NCBI GenBank assembly: GCA_965224025.1 | Contig: OZ245033.1 | Coordinates: 3,584,001-3,648,000, forward strand | Source: Candidatus Multivorans sp. | GTDB lineage: Bacteria; Acidobacteriota; Thermoanaerobaculia; Multivoradales; Multivoraceae | Length of the DNA stretch: 64,000 nucleotides | Reading direction: 5' to 3' | Part shown: positions 62,155 to 64,000 of the stretch, piece after piece | Layout: every line of letters begins with the position of its first letter | Position numbering within the stretch: the first letter of the stretch is position 1 | Program-made: the position numbers and the translations under genes | Notes under the pieces: generated by a model | Database searches by the model: none | What the model saw: only the letters and a program-made list of their open reading frames with translations | What the model was told of the DNA's origin: nothing

Positions 62155-63837
62155 TCATCGGAAGGAAACCCGCGTGCGCGTGCTGACGGTCTGGTCACTT
62201 ACCGGGTCGTGGATCGCGACAACGAGATCGTGGGGCTTGCGGCGCAGGGTCAACGTCGCATCGTAGGGCATCACGGCCTCCGGCGCCGGCCGGATCCGCC
62301 CGCGCAGGTTGATCGGGATCAGGGGGATCGGGGCCTGCTGGCCGTTGCGGTCGACGACCGCGAAGCGCAGTTCCAGCCTGGCGAAGAACCGGTCCTGGTA
62401 CGGGACCAGCGGGAAGTGGCCGATCGGAATGTAGACGGTCACGGGAACCAGCATCTTGCGCAGGCCGGTCCTCTTGGCAGCGCCGATCTCCACCTGCAGC
62501 ACCGGTTCGCCGCGGGTCAACTCCCCGCCCGGAAACAGGAGCCGTCCCTGCGTCTCCATGTCCGCCTCGGCCCGCCGCGAGAGATCGAGGTAGCCGCGGC
62601 GGGAACGCACCCGCAGGTCGGGCCTGAGGACCTGTACCTGCACGTCGTGGGCACGGTCGTCGCGCCGGTAGTGGGGAATGAAACCGAGCCAGTAGTAGTT
62701 CGCGGTGTCCCTGCTCGCGTTGCGCAGCGCTTCCAGGTTCGACCCGGCCAGGAACGCCTCGCCACCGGTGTCCCGGGCCATGTAGCGGAAGTTCCCCCAC
62801 CGCGCCATGCTCGGCTGGTTGCTCTGCTCGTCGATCGGGTAGATCGTGTACCCGAGCAGGTTCGCCGTATCGATCAGGCGATCGAGAACCTCGCGGTCGC
62901 TGCGCACTCCGATGTTGAGGCCTTGTGCCGGGAAGTTCCCCCGCGGCCAGTCGCCGGCGAGCAGTAGCAGCGCCTTGCGGCCCTCGGGTACGTCGAGCGC
63001 CTGCATCGTCGAGGTCACCGCCGTTATCGAGAATTCCAGCTCGCGCAGATTCCGGTCGACCTCCGCTTCGGCGCCGAGGGAGGGAATCCGCAGCCCGGGA
63101 AGGCGCGCCATCCTCGCCCCCGGCAGATTGTCGAACGCCGCGGACACTCCGTCGGCATTCGACAGATCGGGGAAAGGAAGACCAGTCTCTCCCGTCGGCA
63201 CGAGTCCCACTCCGACGTCGCTTCCCATGGCGCCGGGACCCCGTCTCGCCATCGCCGCCTGGCGTGTCGGCAGATTGGGCGACCCCAACTGACCGCGGAA
63301 GCCCTTGCCGGTGTCCAGTTGCTGAAGCGCCTCGCGGGTCCGCTCCCGATCCGTCGTGAAGGGGCTCAGCATCTCGAGCCGCGAGCCGCTCTGGACCACC
63401 ACCGCCACCTGATCCCGGGGGCCCAGTTCATCGAGCTGGTCGGCAAGCCCGCGCAGCACCGGTCGCCGGAACTGGACCAGCGTGTGGTCGTCATCGACGA
63501 AGACGACGTAGTTCGTCGGGACGCTGTCGCCCCCACCGACCGCGAGCGGCGCTTCGGCACCGGACGCCTCGATCGCCCGGTTCTCCAGGATCTCGGTGAA
63601 GTAGTCGACGTCGACCGGAAAGCCGTCCACGAAGATGCGGAAGTCGTGCGCCTCAAGACCGTGAACCCGGTTCCCGGCCTTGTCCTCGACGACGACCTCC
63701 ACGTTGACGACCCGGACATCGATCTCTTCGCCGAAGATGGCATCGAGCGGTGGGGCCGAATCGGGCTCCTGCGCGCCCGCGGGGACGCAGAGAACCAGGG
63801 CGGAGCAGGCAGAGAGCAGGAGTAGTTTCTTCAGCAT
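62155..63837 (-). CDS. secreted VWFA-related (Acidobacteria-type) domain protein
   Basis: Signal peptide, IDVRVVNVEVVV.D..G..V.GL...DF, GRKALLL, A.DTGG, YYWLG, H.V.V....L.VR.R.GY. Confidence 0.85.
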   Translation of the reverse strand: MLKKLLLLSACSALVLCVPAGAQEPDSAPPLDAIFGEEIDVRVVNVEVVVEDKAGNRVHGLEAHDFRIFVDGFPVDVDYFTEILENRAIEASGAEAPLAVGGGDSVPTNYVVFVDDDHTLVQFRRPVLRGLADQLDELGPRDQVAVVVQSGSRLEMLSPFTTDRERTREALQQLDTGKGFRGQLGSPNLPTRQAAMARRGPGAMGSDVGVGLVPTGETGLPFPDLSNADGVSAAFDNLPGARMARLPGLRIPSLGAEAEVDRNLRELEFSITAVTSTMQALDVPEGRKALLLLAGDWPRGNFPAQGLNIGVRSDREVLDRLIDTANLLGYTIYPIDEQSNQPSMARWGNFRYMARDTGGEAFLAGSNLEALRNASRDTANYYWLGFIPHYRRDDRAHDVQVQVLRPDLRVRSRRGYLDLSRRAEADMETQGRLLFPGGELTRGEPVLQVEIGAAKRTGLRKMLVPVTVYIPIGHFPLVPYQDRFFARLELRFAVVDRNGQQAPIPLIPINLRGRIRPAPEAVMPYDATLTLRRKPHDLVVAIHDPVSDQTVSTRTRVSFR

Positions 63838-63851
63838 CAGCGACTTCCCTC

Positions 63852-64000
63852 TCACTTGAAAGACACCATAACCCGCTCGCTGAGCGTTCTCCTGGTCAGA
63901 GGATCGTGCACCGAGACGACCAGATCGTGGGGTCGGCGGCGCAGGGTCAGGGTTGCGTGGTAGGGCATGACGGCATCGGGGGCCGGCCTGTTCCGCCCGC
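63852..64000 (-). CDS. C-terminus of a tandem paralog of the VWFA-related protein (5' truncated by window edge)
   Basis: Reads RPAPDAVMPYHATLTLRRRPHDLVVSVHDP..VSFK*, closely matching RPAPEAVMPYDATLTLRRKPHDLVVAIHDP..VSFR* of the next gene. Confidence 0.85.
   Translation of the reverse strand, partial: GRNRPAPDAVMPYHATLTLRRRPHDLVVSVHDPLTRRTLSERVMVSFK

Overview
High-GC bacterial chromosomal window, probably Acidobacteriota (inferred from two tandem VWFA-related Acidobacteria-type genes). No rRNA, tRNA or CRISPR array was seen. (1) 1-21.6 kb is housekeeping and metabolism: ggt, a FemAB-like GNAT next to clpS-clpA, LLM oxidoreductase, DUF1080, carboxyltransferase, AgpS-like flavoprotein, a chaC/gshB/gor glutathione cluster, DUF368, two hydrolases and an acyl-CoA dehydrogenase pair. 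It also holds three dispersed DUF1640-like mini-genes and two inverted copies of a ~100-bp triple-hairpin repeat. (2) 21.66-29.73 kb is a lower-GC defence island. A TIR-domain gene is split by a 2706-bp IS1595-family element (23-bp inverted ends, 8-bp TSD ATCCGGAG) carrying a methyltransferase/Mrr-like nuclease fusion frameshifted at a G8 run. A PD-(D/E)xK nuclease sits beside a nonsense-interrupted methyltransferase, followed by an MNT-like/HEPN-like pair whose HEPN is frameshifted. (3) 29.86-45.62 kb is a nine-gene MoxR/vWA/DUF58/DUF4159 envelope operon with a TPR-gluzincin peptidase and a caspase-fold protein lacking the catalytic Cys. (4) 45.7-64 kb holds isochorismatase, a TPR lipoprotein, miaA, comEC, dnaE, a PIG-L deacetylase, a disrupted PVC-type heme dehydrogenase and VOC and VWA genes. 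It also contains a signal-peptide-bearing peroxiredoxin with an in-frame UGA at the peroxidatic position followed by a SECIS-like hairpin (probable selenoprotein, split in the ORF track). All family calls come from motif recognition by eye, not database searches.
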